Shown: piece by piece, positions 26,462 through 36,362 of the stretch
How positions within the stretch are numbered: the stretch's first letter is position 1
Layout of the letters: each line of letters begins with the position of its first letter
NCBI GenBank assembly: GCA_020723485.1
Contig: DYIU01000003.1
Coordinates: 394,347 to 458,346, forward strand
Direction: 5' to 3'
From: Acidimicrobium ferrooxidans
GTDB taxonomy: Bacteria; Actinomycetota; Geothermincolia; Fen-727; Anoxymicrobiaceae
DNA length: 64,000 nt
Made by a program: the position numbers and the translations under genes
The notes under the pieces: model-generated
What the model saw: only the letters and a program-made list of their open reading frames with translations
What the model was told of the DNA's origin: nothing
Databases searched by the model: none

Positions 26462-27484
26462 TCAGAGCCCGATGTAACGCGAGTACAGGGACCGGGCTAC
26501 GCCCTCATCCGTGGTCCCCTTGATGATAGCCCTTCCCGTAGGGAATATCGTCAACTCATGATCGCCGGTTCTGAACACCAGGAGGTACCCGTTGCTCTCG
26601 ACCTCACCCACCCTGGCGAGGTCCGAGAGGAGCTCATCGAGGTCCAGCTCCTTCTCCTCGGCGGGGGTTATCTGCACGGCGTTCCTGCCGCACAACGACG
26701 TGGACCACGAGGTGGCTTTTCTCTCGAGGAAACTGAACTCCCCGCCCGAGCACGCCGGGCATCCGTCGAGGCGGTTGACGGGGAACTGGAGGAACTCGTT
26801 GTCCCAGACGTCGACGAACGTCAGGACTCCGGCCGGCATAGGGTTTCCGGACAGGTACTGGATGGCGTAAGTCGCCTGCAGGTCCCCGATGATGCCGGTG
26901 ACCGTGCCGAGCACTCCCAGCACGTCGCAGCCCTGCAGGGGCTCGGCGGGGCGCCCGGGCAGGTAGCAGCGGTAACAGGCGGTCTCCCACGGGATGACTG
27001 GCATGACCTGGCCGCACGACCCCACTGCCGCCCCGTGTACCCATGGCAGGTCCAGCTTAAGGCACGCGTCGTTCAGCAGGAAGCGTGCCTCAAGGTTGTC
27101 CGTCGCGTCCAGCGCCAGGTCGCAGCCGCGCAGGATGTCCTCGATGTTCGCGGGGACCACGTCGAGCGTGAGCGCCTCGATCTCGACCTCCGAGTTCACC
27201 GCCTCCAGGGACGAGGCGGCGGCCTTCGCCTTGGGCATTCTCAGTCGGGCGTGCTCTTCGTCGAACAGCGTCTGCCTCTGCAGGTTGTCGAGCTCGACGA
27301 AATCGCGGTCGGCTATCCTCAGGTGACCCACGCCCGCGCGCACCAGCCTGTCGGCGATGACGGTGCCCAGGGCTCCGCAGCCTATGAGCGCGGCGCGGGC
27401 GCCCGCCAGCCTCGCCTGACCCTCGGCGCCGATGGGTTCGAAGAGGCACTGCCTCGAATAGCGGTCCTCCTTCGAGCGGTCCAT
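26462..27484 (-). CDS. ThiF/MoeB-family adenylyltransferase
   Basis: RYSRQ, GCGALG, DRDFVELDNLQRQ, DATDN, CYRC, CPAC and a C-terminal LCGRNAVQI domain. Confidence 0.9.
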   Translation of the reverse strand: MDRSKEDRYSRQCLFEPIGAEGQARLAGARAALIGCGALGTVIADRLVRAGVGHLRIADRDFVELDNLQRQTLFDEEHARLRMPKAKAAASSLEAVNSEVEIEALTLDVVPANIEDILRGCDLALDATDNLEARFLLNDACLKLDLPWVHGAAVGSCGQVMPVIPWETACYRCYLPGRPAEPLQGCDVLGVLGTVTGIIGDLQATYAIQYLSGNPMPAGVLTFVDVWDNEFLQFPVNRLDGCPACSGGEFSFLERKATSWSTSLCGRNAVQITPAEEKELDLDELLSDLARVGEVESNGYLLVFRTGDHELTIFPTGRAIIKGTTDEGVARSLYSRYIGL

Positions 27485-27488
27485 CTCA

Positions 27489-28583
27489 TCACTCCTCCAC
27501 CCTCGCGGCGACACCGCCGCCGACGACCTCGTCGCCCCGATACAGGACGACCGACTGGCCCGGGGCGGTGGGCTCCTGGGCGGCATGGAATTCGACGCGG
27601 GCCCGGCATCCGTCCAGCGGCAGCAGCGTAGCCGGGACCTCGGGCTTCCGGTACCTGGTCACCGCCGTGACCTCGACGGGCCCTCCGGGCTTCTCGATGG
27701 AGACGTAGTTCATCCTCTCGAGCAGGAGCCGCTCCTGCCCGCGGACCCGGCTCCCCGGAGCAACGATGACCGCGTTTCTTACGGGATCGACGTCGACGAC
27801 GTACATAGCTTCCCTCGTGGAGAGACCCAGCCCTCGCCGCTGGCCGACCGTATAGTTGTGAAGGCCTCCGTGTGTGCCGAGCACCGCCCCCGAATCGTCG
27901 AGTATCGGGCCGGTGCGCCAGGTGCCGGAAGCGTACTCCTCGATGAAGGACCGGTACCCGCCGGCCCCGACGAAGCAGACGTCCTGGCTCTCCTCCTTGT
28001 CGTGGACCTTGAGCCCCAGGCAGGCCGCGAGCTCCCTGGTGTCTTTCTTCTCCATTTCCCCCAGCGGGAACACCGCCGAGGCCAGCTGCTCCTGCGAGAG
28101 CGAGTAAAGGAAGTACGACTGGTCCTTGGAGCGGTCCGTTCCCCTCTCGAGGATGCGCCTGCCGGAATCCCGGTCGCGCGTCACCCTGGCGTAGTGACCG
28201 GTCGCCAGGAAAGGCGCGTTCAGCCCCCTGGCCGCGCGGAGCAGTTCCTCGAACTTGACCACCTCGTTACAGGGGATGCAGGGATTGGGCGTCTCGGCCC
28301 TGAGGTAGGAGGAGACGAAGTAGTCCACGACGGCCTTCCTGAAGACCTCCTCGAAGTTCAGGACGTAGAAAGGAATGCCCAGTTTCTCGGCTACGCGCCT
28401 CGCGTCGTCCATGGCTCCGATGCCGCAGCACGACCTCCGCTCGCCCGGCGCCTCGTCGGACCCGACCAGCCGGAGACCTATGCCCACCACGTCCAGGCTG
28501 GACTCCTTCAGGATAGCCGCGGCGACCGAGGAGTCGACCCCGCCCGACATCGCCACTACCACCCGCTCGCTCGGGGCGGGCAC
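27489..28583 (-). CDS. mnmA: tRNA 2-thiouridine(34) synthase MnmA
   Basis: AMSGGVDSS, TPNPCIPCN, ATGHYA, KDQSYFL, ESQDVCF, YTVGQRRGLG and APGQ motifs. Confidence 0.95.
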   Translation of the reverse strand: MPAPSERVVVAMSGGVDSSVAAAILKESSLDVVGIGLRLVGSDEAPGERRSCCGIGAMDDARRVAEKLGIPFYVLNFEEVFRKAVVDYFVSSYLRAETPNPCIPCNEVVKFEELLRAARGLNAPFLATGHYARVTRDRDSGRRILERGTDRSKDQSYFLYSLSQEQLASAVFPLGEMEKKDTRELAACLGLKVHDKEESQDVCFVGAGGYRSFIEEYASGTWRTGPILDDSGAVLGTHGGLHNYTVGQRRGLGLSTREAMYVVDVDPVRNAVIVAPGSRVRGQERLLLERMNYVSIEKPGGPVEVTAVTRYRKPEVPATLLPLDGCRARVEFHAAQEPTAPGQSVVLYRGDEVVGGGVAARVEE

Positions 28584-28584
28584 G

Positions 28585-29280
28585 CTACCTCTCCACGGCG
28601 CAGGCCGGAGGTTGTGCCTGCGCCCCCGCCTCCCCGGCGCGCTCGAGCCGCTCGAGCCTGCGGTCGATGTCCCCGAGCATCTCAATGAGTGGGTCTGGGA
28701 GGTCTCCGTGGTGGAGGTTCATCTGGGAGATCCTCTCCCCGGAGCAGACCGTCAGGCGACCCGGCACACCCACGACAGTGCAGTTGGGAGGCACGTCCTT
28801 GAGGACCACCGCGCCGGCGCCGACCTTCGAGTTGGCTCCCACCGTGATGGGACCGAGGACGCTCGCCCCCGCGGCTATGACCACGTTGTCGCCTATTGTC
28901 GGGTGCCGCTTTCCCTTCTGCTTGCCGGTGCCGCCAAGCGTCACCCCCTGGTACATGGTGACATTCCTCCCCACTTCCGCCGTCTCTCCTATCACCACAC
29001 CCATCCCGTGGTCGATGAAGAGCCCGCGCCCCAACACCGCCGCCTGGTGTATCTCGATGCCCGTGACCGCCCTTGCGAACATCGAAATGAGTCTCGGCAG
29101 TACCGGCACTTTCCCGCGGTGCAGGTAGCCGGCCAGCCGGTGTATCCAGATCGCGTGAAGCCCCGGGTATGAGAGGACGATCTCCAGTGTCCCCCGGGCC
29201 GCCGGGTCGCGCTCTTTCACGGCCCGGATGTCCTCCTTGAATATCTCAATCGCCTCATCAAGTCGTTTGTTCAAAGTCAT
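28585..29280 (-). CDS. cysE: Serine O-acetyltransferase
   Basis: [30 protein letters not shown] and TLGGTG..KRHP motifs. Confidence 0.95.
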   Translation of the reverse strand: MTLNKRLDEAIEIFKEDIRAVKERDPAARGTLEIVLSYPGLHAIWIHRLAGYLHRGKVPVLPRLISMFARAVTGIEIHQAAVLGRGLFIDHGMGVVIGETAEVGRNVTMYQGVTLGGTGKQKGKRHPTIGDNVVIAAGASVLGPITVGANSKVGAGAVVLKDVPPNCTVVGVPGRLTVCSGERISQMNLHHGDLPDPLIEMLGDIDRRLERLERAGEAGAQAQPPACAVER

Positions 29281-29295
29281 TCGGCGTCTCCTTCG

Positions 29296-30462
29296 TCATC
29301 TGAACGCCCGCGAGTCTCCGACCTTGCGCAGCCGGTTCACTATGTCCGGCAGTGCCTGGAGGACCCTGTCGATATGCTCTACGGTGTTGTCCCGGCCGAA
29401 CGAGAAGCGCAGGCTCGCCTGAGCCATGAGCGGTTCCAGGCCCATCGCGAGCAGGACGTGCGAAGGCTCGGTGGCTCCGGACGAGCATGCCGAGCCGGTC
29501 GAGACGGCTATGCCGAGGAGGTCGAGGTTCAGGAGCAGCGCCTCGCCGTCCGTTCCCGGGAAACTCATGTTGAGGATATTGGGAAGGCAGTCGCCGTCGC
29601 GGCCGTTCCTGCTTACGCGCTCTATGCGCTCAGATATACCAGACGCCAGCTTCTCCTTCAGCAGCTCCAGGTGTTCCGTCGCCCCCGGGAGCTCCTCTAC
29701 GGCGAGCTCCAGCGCCCTTGCGAACGCGGCGATGCCTCCCACGTTCTCAGTGCCGGGCCGGAGGTTGTGCTCGTGATGGCCCCCGTAGACGATCGGGCGC
29801 AGGGCGGTACCTCTCCTCACGTAGAGCGCGCCTACTCCCTTCGGGCCGTAGATCTTGTGAGCGGACATCGACAGCATGTCCACCCCGAGCGCGTTCACGT
29901 CGACGGGCACCTTCCCCACGGCCTGCACGGCATCGCTGTGGAAGGCCACGCCCTTTCTTCGAGCGATCTCACCGACCTCGGCTATCGGCTGTATCGTGCC
30001 GGTTTCGTTGTTCGCGAACATCACCGAGATGAGTGTCGTCTCGGGCCTGATCGCTTCCACGACCCGCGCGGGCTCGAGCCGGCATTCGCGGTCGACCGGG
30101 AGGTAGGTCACCTGGAATCCCTCTTCCTCGAGAGCGGCGCAGCAGTTGAGAACCGCCGGGTGCTCTATCGCGGTCGTTATCAGGTGGTTTCCCCTGTCCC
30201 TTAGCGCGTATGCGGCGCCCCTTACGGCCAGGTTGTCGCTCTCCGTCCCGCCGCCGGTGAAGATAACCTCTCCGGGTTCCGCGCCGATGGCCGCCGCGGC
30301 CTTCTCCCTTGACTCCTCGAGCACCCTCTTGGCCTCCTGGCCGAACGAATGAATGCTGGAGGCGTTACCGAACGTCGCCGAGAGGGTCTCCTCGAGGACC
30401 TCCAGGACCTCGGGTCGGGGCGGAGTCGTCGCCGCGTGGTCCAGGTAGACACCTTTTTCCAT
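29296..30462 (-). CDS. nifS: Cysteine desulfurase NifS/IscS
   Basis: YLDHAATT, FGNASSIH, SAHKIYGPKG and STGSACSSG motifs. Confidence 0.95.
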   Translation of the reverse strand: MEKGVYLDHAATTPPRPEVLEVLEETLSATFGNASSIHSFGQEAKRVLEESREKAAAAIGAEPGEVIFTGGGTESDNLAVRGAAYALRDRGNHLITTAIEHPAVLNCCAALEEEGFQVTYLPVDRECRLEPARVVEAIRPETTLISVMFANNETGTIQPIAEVGEIARRKGVAFHSDAVQAVGKVPVDVNALGVDMLSMSAHKIYGPKGVGALYVRRGTALRPIVYGGHHEHNLRPGTENVGGIAAFARALELAVEELPGATEHLELLKEKLASGISERIERVSRNGRDGDCLPNILNMSFPGTDGEALLLNLDLLGIAVSTGSACSSGATEPSHVLLAMGLEPLMAQASLRFSFGRDNTVEHIDRVLQALPDIVNRLRKVGDSRAFR

Positions 30463-30470
30463 ATTCTCCT

Positions 30471-31310
30471 TCACCCGCTCCGCGATAAAGCGCCCACGAG
30501 CCGTTCGTGGCGCGCGCAGAATTCCGTCTCGGCGTAAAGCTGGGAGAACAGGAGGTCCTTCTGCCAGTGGGCGTTGAACAGCCTGCAGCCTCTCTCCTGA
30601 CAGAACGGTTCCCCGGTCATGTAATAGAAGGCGGCCTGAGCGACATAGCCCTTGATGACCTCTGTCGTACGGGGATCCTCTGGTACGAGCCACTCCCCGG
30701 GCCCGCCTTCCGCGGCGGGCGGCCCGGGGATTCCGAGCTGCCTGCCCAGGTAGTACGACCTGGGCCTTGCAGGTGCCACGACCAGCCCTGAGGTCGAGAC
30801 AACGGTCGGATGGCCGAACACGGCAACCCTCGCGTGGTAACGGGAGTCCCCTTCGTCGAATGTGCCGAAGAGCTGGTCTGTGATCACCACGACCAGGTCC
30901 TCGGGGGAGACGCCCGCGCCTGACATGAGCCGGCCATATGCAGCGCAGAGGCTGAACCCGTCGTACAGGACCCCGGCCGGTCTCGGGGGTTCACGCTCGA
31001 GCATCCGCCTCTCGTACGCGAGCACATGCGGCGAGGGCGCGCCCGCCGGCCTTTCTGCGCCCGGTTCCGTGACCCGCGCGGCCGCGAGCCCGCCCGCAAG
31101 CTCTTCCCTTGCCTCTTCGACACGCGACGCATCGGTCCGCTCCAGGCAGAAGGCGATGAGGTCCCCGTGTCGTTCGACCTCCGGGCCGCCGAGCAGTCTC
31201 TCCCCGTAACGTGCCAGTTCCTCGACGTCCACGGACGGGGACCCTGAGCTGTCGAACAGCATCGCGCCCGGGGGGCGGGTCAGCTCCAGGAGGCTTTCAA
31301 CCTCTCTCAA
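30471..31310 (-). CDS. DUF6775-like putative metallopeptidase
   Basis: 'YDG', 'RYHAR', 'APARP..YY', 'KGYVAQA', 'PFC...[10 protein letters not shown]' and 'FCARH' pattern, recalled from archaeal proteins. Overlaps the thi4 stop. Confidence 0.7.
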   Translation of the reverse strand: MREVESLLELTRPPGAMLFDSSGSPSVDVEELARYGERLLGGPEVERHGDLIAFCLERTDASRVEEAREELAGGLAAARVTEPGAERPAGAPSPHVLAYERRMLEREPPRPAGVLYDGFSLCAAYGRLMSGAGVSPEDLVVVITDQLFGTFDEGDSRYHARVAVFGHPTVVSTSGLVVAPARPRSYYLGRQLGIPGPPAAEGGPGEWLVPEDPRTTEVIKGYVAQAAFYYMTGEPFCQERGCRLFNAHWQKDLLFSQLYAETEFCARHERLVGALSRSG

Positions 31311-32082
31311 GGATCACCTCAGCGGCCCTCTTCCCGGAAAGGAGCATCCCGCCGAAGGTCGGGCCCATCCTCGGCAGGCCGAACGCGGTGCTGACAGCCA
31401 TGCCCGTGACGATGAGGCCCGGCCATATCTCGCACGTGTGCTCCAGTATCAGGTCCTCGGACTGCTCCACCCACATTGCATCGTGCCCGGGCAGCTCCAG
31501 CACTCCCCTCTCGGCGAGCTTCGCCAGGACCATTGCGTCGTGGCCGGTCGCGTCGACTACCACGTTCGCCTCGATGGCGATAGGGTCGACACACGTTATC
31601 TGCCTCGGGAGAGCCTGGATGGGGGTCCAGTTGATGACCACCCCGCTGACCCGGTTCCCCTCCCTGATGACAAGGTCGTCGAAGACCGTCATGTTGAGAG
31701 TCTTCGCTCCCGCGTCGCAGGCCGCCGCGATGAGCTTCGAGCAGGCGTGCGGGCCGTCTGCCACGTAGAGCCCCGGGCTCGCCTCCTTGAACGGGATGCC
31801 GAGCTCCTCCAGCTCGAGCTGTGAGGGCGCCCGCGCGGTAATCTTGTTCATCAGGTATCCGCCTATCCAGAACCCTCCCCCCAGGTAGTTGTTTCGCTCG
31901 ATCACCACGACGCTCCGCCCGGCATCGGCGAGGACGCGGGCTGCAGTCAGCCCGCTCGGACCGGCGCCGATTATCACGACGTCGCTCTCGACGAACTCTT
32001 CGAAGGTGGCGGCGAACTCAGTGACAATCGCGCGGGATACGTCCTTCTCCGAGACCCTGGCGAAGACCGGTTCTTTTCCCAT
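31297..32082 (-). CDS. thi4: Thi4-family thiazole (ADT) synthase
   Basis: [36 protein letters not shown] and [14 protein letters not shown] motifs. Confidence 0.93.
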   Translation of the reverse strand: MGKEPVFARVSEKDVSRAIVTEFAATFEEFVESDVVIIGAGPSGLTAARVLADAGRSVVVIERNNYLGGGFWIGGYLMNKITARAPSQLELEELGIPFKEASPGLYVADGPHACSKLIAAACDAGAKTLNMTVFDDLVIREGNRVSGVVINWTPIQALPRQITCVDPIAIEANVVVDATGHDAMVLAKLAERGVLELPGHDAMWVEQSEDLILEHTCEIWPGLIVTGMAVSTAFGLPRMGPTFGGMLLSGKRAAEVILERG

Positions 32083-32108
32083 CAGCGTTCCTTTCCTTCT
32101 CCTGGTGC

Positions 32109-33065
32109 TTACAGCTGGGCGCTCTCCGTCGAATCCACCGGCTCCTCGAAGAGCCACGTGGACAGGTAGCGCTCCCCGGTGTCCGGGAGGACCACCACGA
32201 TGAGCTTACCCTCGTTCTGGGGCCTCGCCGCCACCTGGACCGCCGCCCAGGTCGCCGCGCCGGAAGAGATGCCCGCGAGTATGCCCTCGCGCGTCGCGAG
32301 CGCCCTCGCCGTCTGGCCGGCAAGCTCGTCCTCAACCGTGATGATCTCGTCGATGAGGTCCGTCCTGAGGACCTCCGGCACGAACCCCGCGCCGATACCC
32401 TGGATCTTGTGAGGGCTTGGCTGGCCCCCCGAGAGCACGGGCGACTTCGCCGGCTCGACCGCTACGGCCTGTAGATCGGGCTTCTTCTCCTTGAGCACCT
32501 CGGCCACCCCGGTGATCGTCCCGCCCGTCCCCACGCCGGCGACCACGATGTCCACCCTGCCGTCAGTGTCCTCCCATATCTCCCGCGCGGTGGTCTCGCG
32601 GTGGATCCTCGGGTTCGCCGGGTTCTTGAACTGCTGGGGCATGAAACCGTTGGAGGTCTCCTTGAGGAGTCGCTCAGCCTCGGCGATGGCCCCGGGCATT
32701 CCCTTGGGGCCCGGGGTGAGCACCAGCTCCGCGCCGAATATGGCCATCAGTTTCCTGCGCTCGACGCTCATGGTCTCGGGCATGGTCAGAACGAGCCTGT
32801 ATCCCCGCGCGGCGCACACGAATGCCAGTGCGATACCGGTGTTACCGCTCGTCGGTTCGATTATCGTCGTCTCCGGGGTGATGAGTCCGGAATCCTCCGC
32901 GTCGGCTATCATGCTCACGCCGATGCGGTCCTTTACGCTCGACTGGGGGTTGAACGACTCGAGCTTCGCGTAGACCTCCGCCCCGGCTCCTTCTGTCACC
33001 CTCCTCAGTCTGACCAGCGGCGTGTTGCCTATTGTCTGCGTTATGTCCTCGTATAACCTGCTCAC
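32109..33065 (-). CDS. cysK: Cysteine synthase A
   Basis: [37 protein letters not shown] and PDTGERYLS motifs. GTG start. Confidence 0.95.
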   Translation of the reverse strand: MSRLYEDITQTIGNTPLVRLRRVTEGAGAEVYAKLESFNPQSSVKDRIGVSMIADAEDSGLITPETTIIEPTSGNTGIALAFVCAARGYRLVLTMPETMSVERRKLMAIFGAELVLTPGPKGMPGAIAEAERLLKETSNGFMPQQFKNPANPRIHRETTAREIWEDTDGRVDIVVAGVGTGGTITGVAEVLKEKKPDLQAVAVEPAKSPVLSGGQPSPHKIQGIGAGFVPEVLRTDLIDEIITVEDELAGQTARALATREGILAGISSGAATWAAVQVAARPQNEGKLIVVVLPDTGERYLSTWLFEEPVDSTESAQL

Positions 33066-33096
33066 TTTTCCGTCCTTTCCCCGAGTCCGGTCGGTA

Positions 33097-33158
33097 TTGT
33101 ACACTATTTTGATAGGTTTTGTAGGTTGATGATAGTACCCGTCCGCCTCTCGTGTCAA
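33097..33158 (-). promoter_or_regulatory. cysK-operon promoter and candidate Rrf2 operator
   Basis: Minus-strand TTGACA (33158-33153), -10-like TACTAT/TATCAT, then AT-rich AACCTACAAAACCTATCAAAATAGTGT. Confidence 0.5.
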
Positions 33159-33208
33159 GGTCGGTGGCCCCTCCTGACAGAAGGGCACCCCGCCGCCATG
33201 GCACAAAG

Positions 33209-33235
33209 GCAAAATGGGACCTGACCCCTTGTTGC
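33209..33235 (-). repeat. GGGGTCAGGTC-core repeat variant
   Basis: GCAAAATGGGACCTGACCCCTTGTTGC: same core and related flanks as the other copies. Confidence 0.7.
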
Positions 33236-33315
33236 AAGAAGCGATAGCCGGGGGCACCGAGCAATGCCTCCGGCTATCCACGCATCCTTGAAGGGGGTAC
33301 AGTCGTTCTCGAGCT

Positions 33316-36240
33316 TCACCTCCTTCCCGGCGATGCGCTTTCGCGCGCCGCCGTTCCCGCTTGCCCTGTGGTTCCAACGCCGGCTTGACGGTTGCCTGTG
33401 ATCAATTCGTCCCTGCCCTGGCCCACGGTCGTCACCTGCCCGCTCCCTGCGGAGCCGAGCGCGGCGGCGCCGTCCGCAACGGTGTTTCCGATCGAACTCG
33501 CTGCCCGGGGCTCCGGGCTCCTGCCCATGGTCCCGTCGTCCTTCATCGCCGAGCTGATCTGCGCGAACCAGACGAAGAGGAGGGCGAAGACGACCACCAT
33601 GACCACCGGTGCGATCCTGGACACCCAGTTCGTCCTCCCCGGCTTGAAGCGCCTCAGAAGCAGCGAGTTCGAGACGACGGAGATCGAGCTGAGCACCATG
33701 GCCAGGCCCGCCAGTTCCGGCCTCAGCGCGATGCCCAGGGCGGCGAACACGCCCGCCGCGATGGGGATTCCCATAACGTTGTAGAAGAGGGCGAAGAACA
33801 TGTTCTGACGGACCTTGCCGAACGTCTCCTTCGAAAGCTGCTTCGCGGTGACGACGTCCCTCAGGTCGTCTTTGATTATCACGATGCCGCCGGTCTCCAT
33901 CGCCACGTCCGTGCCTGAGCCCATCGCCACCCCGAGGTCGGCCTGGGCGAGCGCGGGCGCGTCGTTGATGCCGTCACCCACCATCGCGACCCTCTCTCCA
34001 CTCGCCTGCAGCTTCTTCACCTCGCTCGCCTTGTCCTCAGGCAGGACCTCGGCCAGGACGTTCCCGATTCCCAGTTCGCCGGCGATCGCCCCGGCGGTGC
34101 GCCGGTTGTCCCCGGTGATCATGTAGATATCGAGGCCCATGTCCTCTAGCTCCGAGATCGCCTCGCGGGACGTATCCTTGACGGTGTCGGCGACCGCCAC
34201 GGCCCCCAGCACCTTCTCGCTCGAGGAGAGTATCATCACGGTTTTTCCCTGCTCTTCGAGCCCCGAAACCGTTGAGTCGATCCCTTCCAGCTCCAGGCCG
34301 ACGACCTCGGTGGCGAGCTTCCGGTTGCCGAAGAAATAACGGCTTCCTTCCACCTGGCCCTGCACCCCCAGGCCGGGGACCGCCCTGAAATCCGAGACGT
34401 CGCGGACCGGGATCGAACGGCCGAGCGCGTGGCCGTATACCGCCTCGGCCAGCGGGTGCTCGGAGGATTTTTCCAGGGATGCCGATATGCGCAGGACGTC
34501 ACTCTCGCTGAACCCGTTGAACGTCAGGACATCCGTCACCTCGGGCTCGCCGTTGGTCAGCGTACCGGTCTTGTCGAAGACGATGGACGTCACCTTCTCA
34601 GCCGACTCCAGCGGCTCGCCTCCCTTGACGAGTATGCCGTACTCCGCGCCCTTGCCGGTGCCGACCATTATGGCGGTGGGGGTGGCAAGTCCCAGAGCGC
34701 ACGGGCAGGCGATGACGATAACGGCGGTGAACGCCATCAGCGAGTAGGTCAGGGACGCGCTGAGGAATACGAACCAGACGGTGAAGGTCAACGCGGCGAT
34801 TGCCAGGACCGCGGGCACGAAGTACTTCGATACCCTGTCCGCGAAGCCCTGGATCGGCGCCTTGGAGCCCTGTGCGTCCTCGATGAGGCGGATTATCTGG
34901 GCGAGCATGGTCTCGGAGCCGACGCGGGTCGCCTCGAACTCGAAGCTCCCGGTCTTGTTGATGGTGACGCCGATCACCGTGTCGCCCACGTTCTTCTCGA
35001 CGGGGATGCTCTCGCCCGTGACCATCGACTCGTCCACAGCCGAGGAACCCCGGGTGATGACTCCGTCGACCGGGACCTTCTCCCCGGGACGGACCAGGAT
35101 GATGTCGCCGTGGACGACGTCCTCCACCGGTATGTCATCGGTGACGCCGTCCCTTATGACGCGCGCCGTCTTCGCCTGCAGGCCCATGAGCTTTTTGATG
35201 GCCTCGGACGTCTTGCCCTTCGCCCGCGCCTCCAGCCACTTGCCGAGCAGCACGAAAGTGATCAGGAACGCCGCCGTCTCGAAGTACATGTTGGGGACCT
35301 TGGCGCCGTCCATGCCGATCAGGGTCGAGTTTGACACGGCGTAGGATATGTATACCGCCAGGCTGTAGAAGTAGGCCGTCGATGTCCCGATCGCGATGAG
35401 GCTGTCCATGTTGAAGGTCCTCATGCGCAGGCTCGACCACGCGCCCTTGTAGAACCCCGCGCCCGCGATGAACTGCACGGGGGTGGCCAGTATGAGGGAG
35501 ACGATTGCGAAGTACGGGGGCAGGGACCCGGCGCCCGGCAGCCATTTGAAGAAATCGAGGAGCATGAAATAGAGCATGGGAAGGCTCAATACCAGGCTGA
35601 ACAGGAACCTGTTCCTGTAGCTCCTGATCTCCCTCTCTCGCCTGTCCGACTCCTGCTCGCTCTCCCTCTCGCCGACGACCGCCGCCCTGTAACCGGCCTT
35701 CCTGACCGCCTCGACGAGGTCTTCAGGCGATACCGTCACGGGATCGTAGTCCACGTACGCCTTCTCGGCGGCGAAGTTCACCGAGGCCTGCCTCACGCCC
35801 TGAGTCTTGTTGAGCGCACGTTCGATGACGGCAGCGCACGAGGTGCAGTGCATCCCTGAGAGTGAAAGCCCGACCCTGCCCGCGGAGCTCCCGGCCTCCA
35901 TGCCGCCGGTTTCCCCGCGGTGGCCGCCGCTCCCCTCCCCGGTCGAATCATGTTCGCCGGGGCCGGGGAGCGGTACGCCGGTGTCGGCTTCGGGGGCGCC
36001 GGGGCCTGCGCCCTCATCGCTGTCGTCGATGAGCTCCGCCCGGTAACCCTCGGCTTCTATCAGGTTGAGGACCATCTGCACCGGGATGATGTCGACCTCC
36101 GCCACAACGGTGCCAGTACCGCTCTCGTAATCGAACTCGGCCGTGCGTACACCGTCCGCGCAAAGGAGGGCATCCTCGATGAGCCGCGCGCAGGAGTTGC
36201 AGTGCATGTCTTCCACCTTGAGCCTGAGTACTCTCTCCAT
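33316..36240 (-). CDS. copA: Cu(I)-translocating P1B-type ATPase
   Basis: Two HMA domains (MHCNSC, MHCTSC) and [27 protein letters not shown] and YN motifs. Confidence 0.93.
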   Translation of the reverse strand: MERVLRLKVEDMHCNSCARLIEDALLCADGVRTAEFDYESGTGTVVAEVDIIPVQMVLNLIEAEGYRAELIDDSDEGAGPGAPEADTGVPLPGPGEHDSTGEGSGGHRGETGGMEAGSSAGRVGLSLSGMHCTSCAAVIERALNKTQGVRQASVNFAAEKAYVDYDPVTVSPEDLVEAVRKAGYRAAVVGERESEQESDRREREIRSYRNRFLFSLVLSLPMLYFMLLDFFKWLPGAGSLPPYFAIVSLILATPVQFIAGAGFYKGAWSSLRMRTFNMDSLIAIGTSTAYFYSLAVYISYAVSNSTLIGMDGAKVPNMYFETAAFLITFVLLGKWLEARAKGKTSEAIKKLMGLQAKTARVIRDGVTDDIPVEDVVHGDIILVRPGEKVPVDGVITRGSSAVDESMVTGESIPVEKNVGDTVIGVTINKTGSFEFEATRVGSETMLAQIIRLIEDAQGSKAPIQGFADRVSKYFVPAVLAIAALTFTVWFVFLSASLTYSLMAFTAVIVIACPCALGLATPTAIMVGTGKGAEYGILVKGGEPLESAEKVTSIVFDKTGTLTNGEPEVTDVLTFNGFSESDVLRISASLEKSSEHPLAEAVYGHALGRSIPVRDVSDFRAVPGLGVQGQVEGSRYFFGNRKLATEVVGLELEGIDSTVSGLEEQGKTVMILSSSEKVLGAVAVADTVKDTSREAISELEDMGLDIYMITGDNRRTAGAIAGELGIGNVLAEVLPEDKASEVKKLQASGERVAMVGDGINDAPALAQADLGVAMGSGTDVAMETGGIVIIKDDLRDVVTAKQLSKETFGKVRQNMFFALFYNVMGIPIAAGVFAALGIALRPELAGLAMVLSSISVVSNSLLLRRFKPGRTNWVSRIAPVVMVVVFALLFVWFAQISSAMKDDGTMGRSPEPRAASSIGNTVADGAAALGSAGSGQVTTVGQGRDELITGNRQAGVGTTGQAGTAARESASPGRR

Positions 36241-36261
36241 AACAGCCTCCCGGGTTCTTAT

Positions 36262-36300
36262 ACCTATACCTATGGTAGGGGTACCAGACAGGAAAGTCAA
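36262..36300 (-). promoter_or_regulatory. copA promoter with CsoR-type operator
   Basis: TTGACT-17-TACCAT on the minus strand, overlapping TACCCCTACCATAGGTATAGGT (21/22 identical to the site at 38232). Confidence 0.75.
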
Positions 36301-36362
36301 GTGTTTTGGTAGGTTATTTCACCGGGAATATTGAACGCTCTGGAGGCCCTGTCTGTGCGGCT

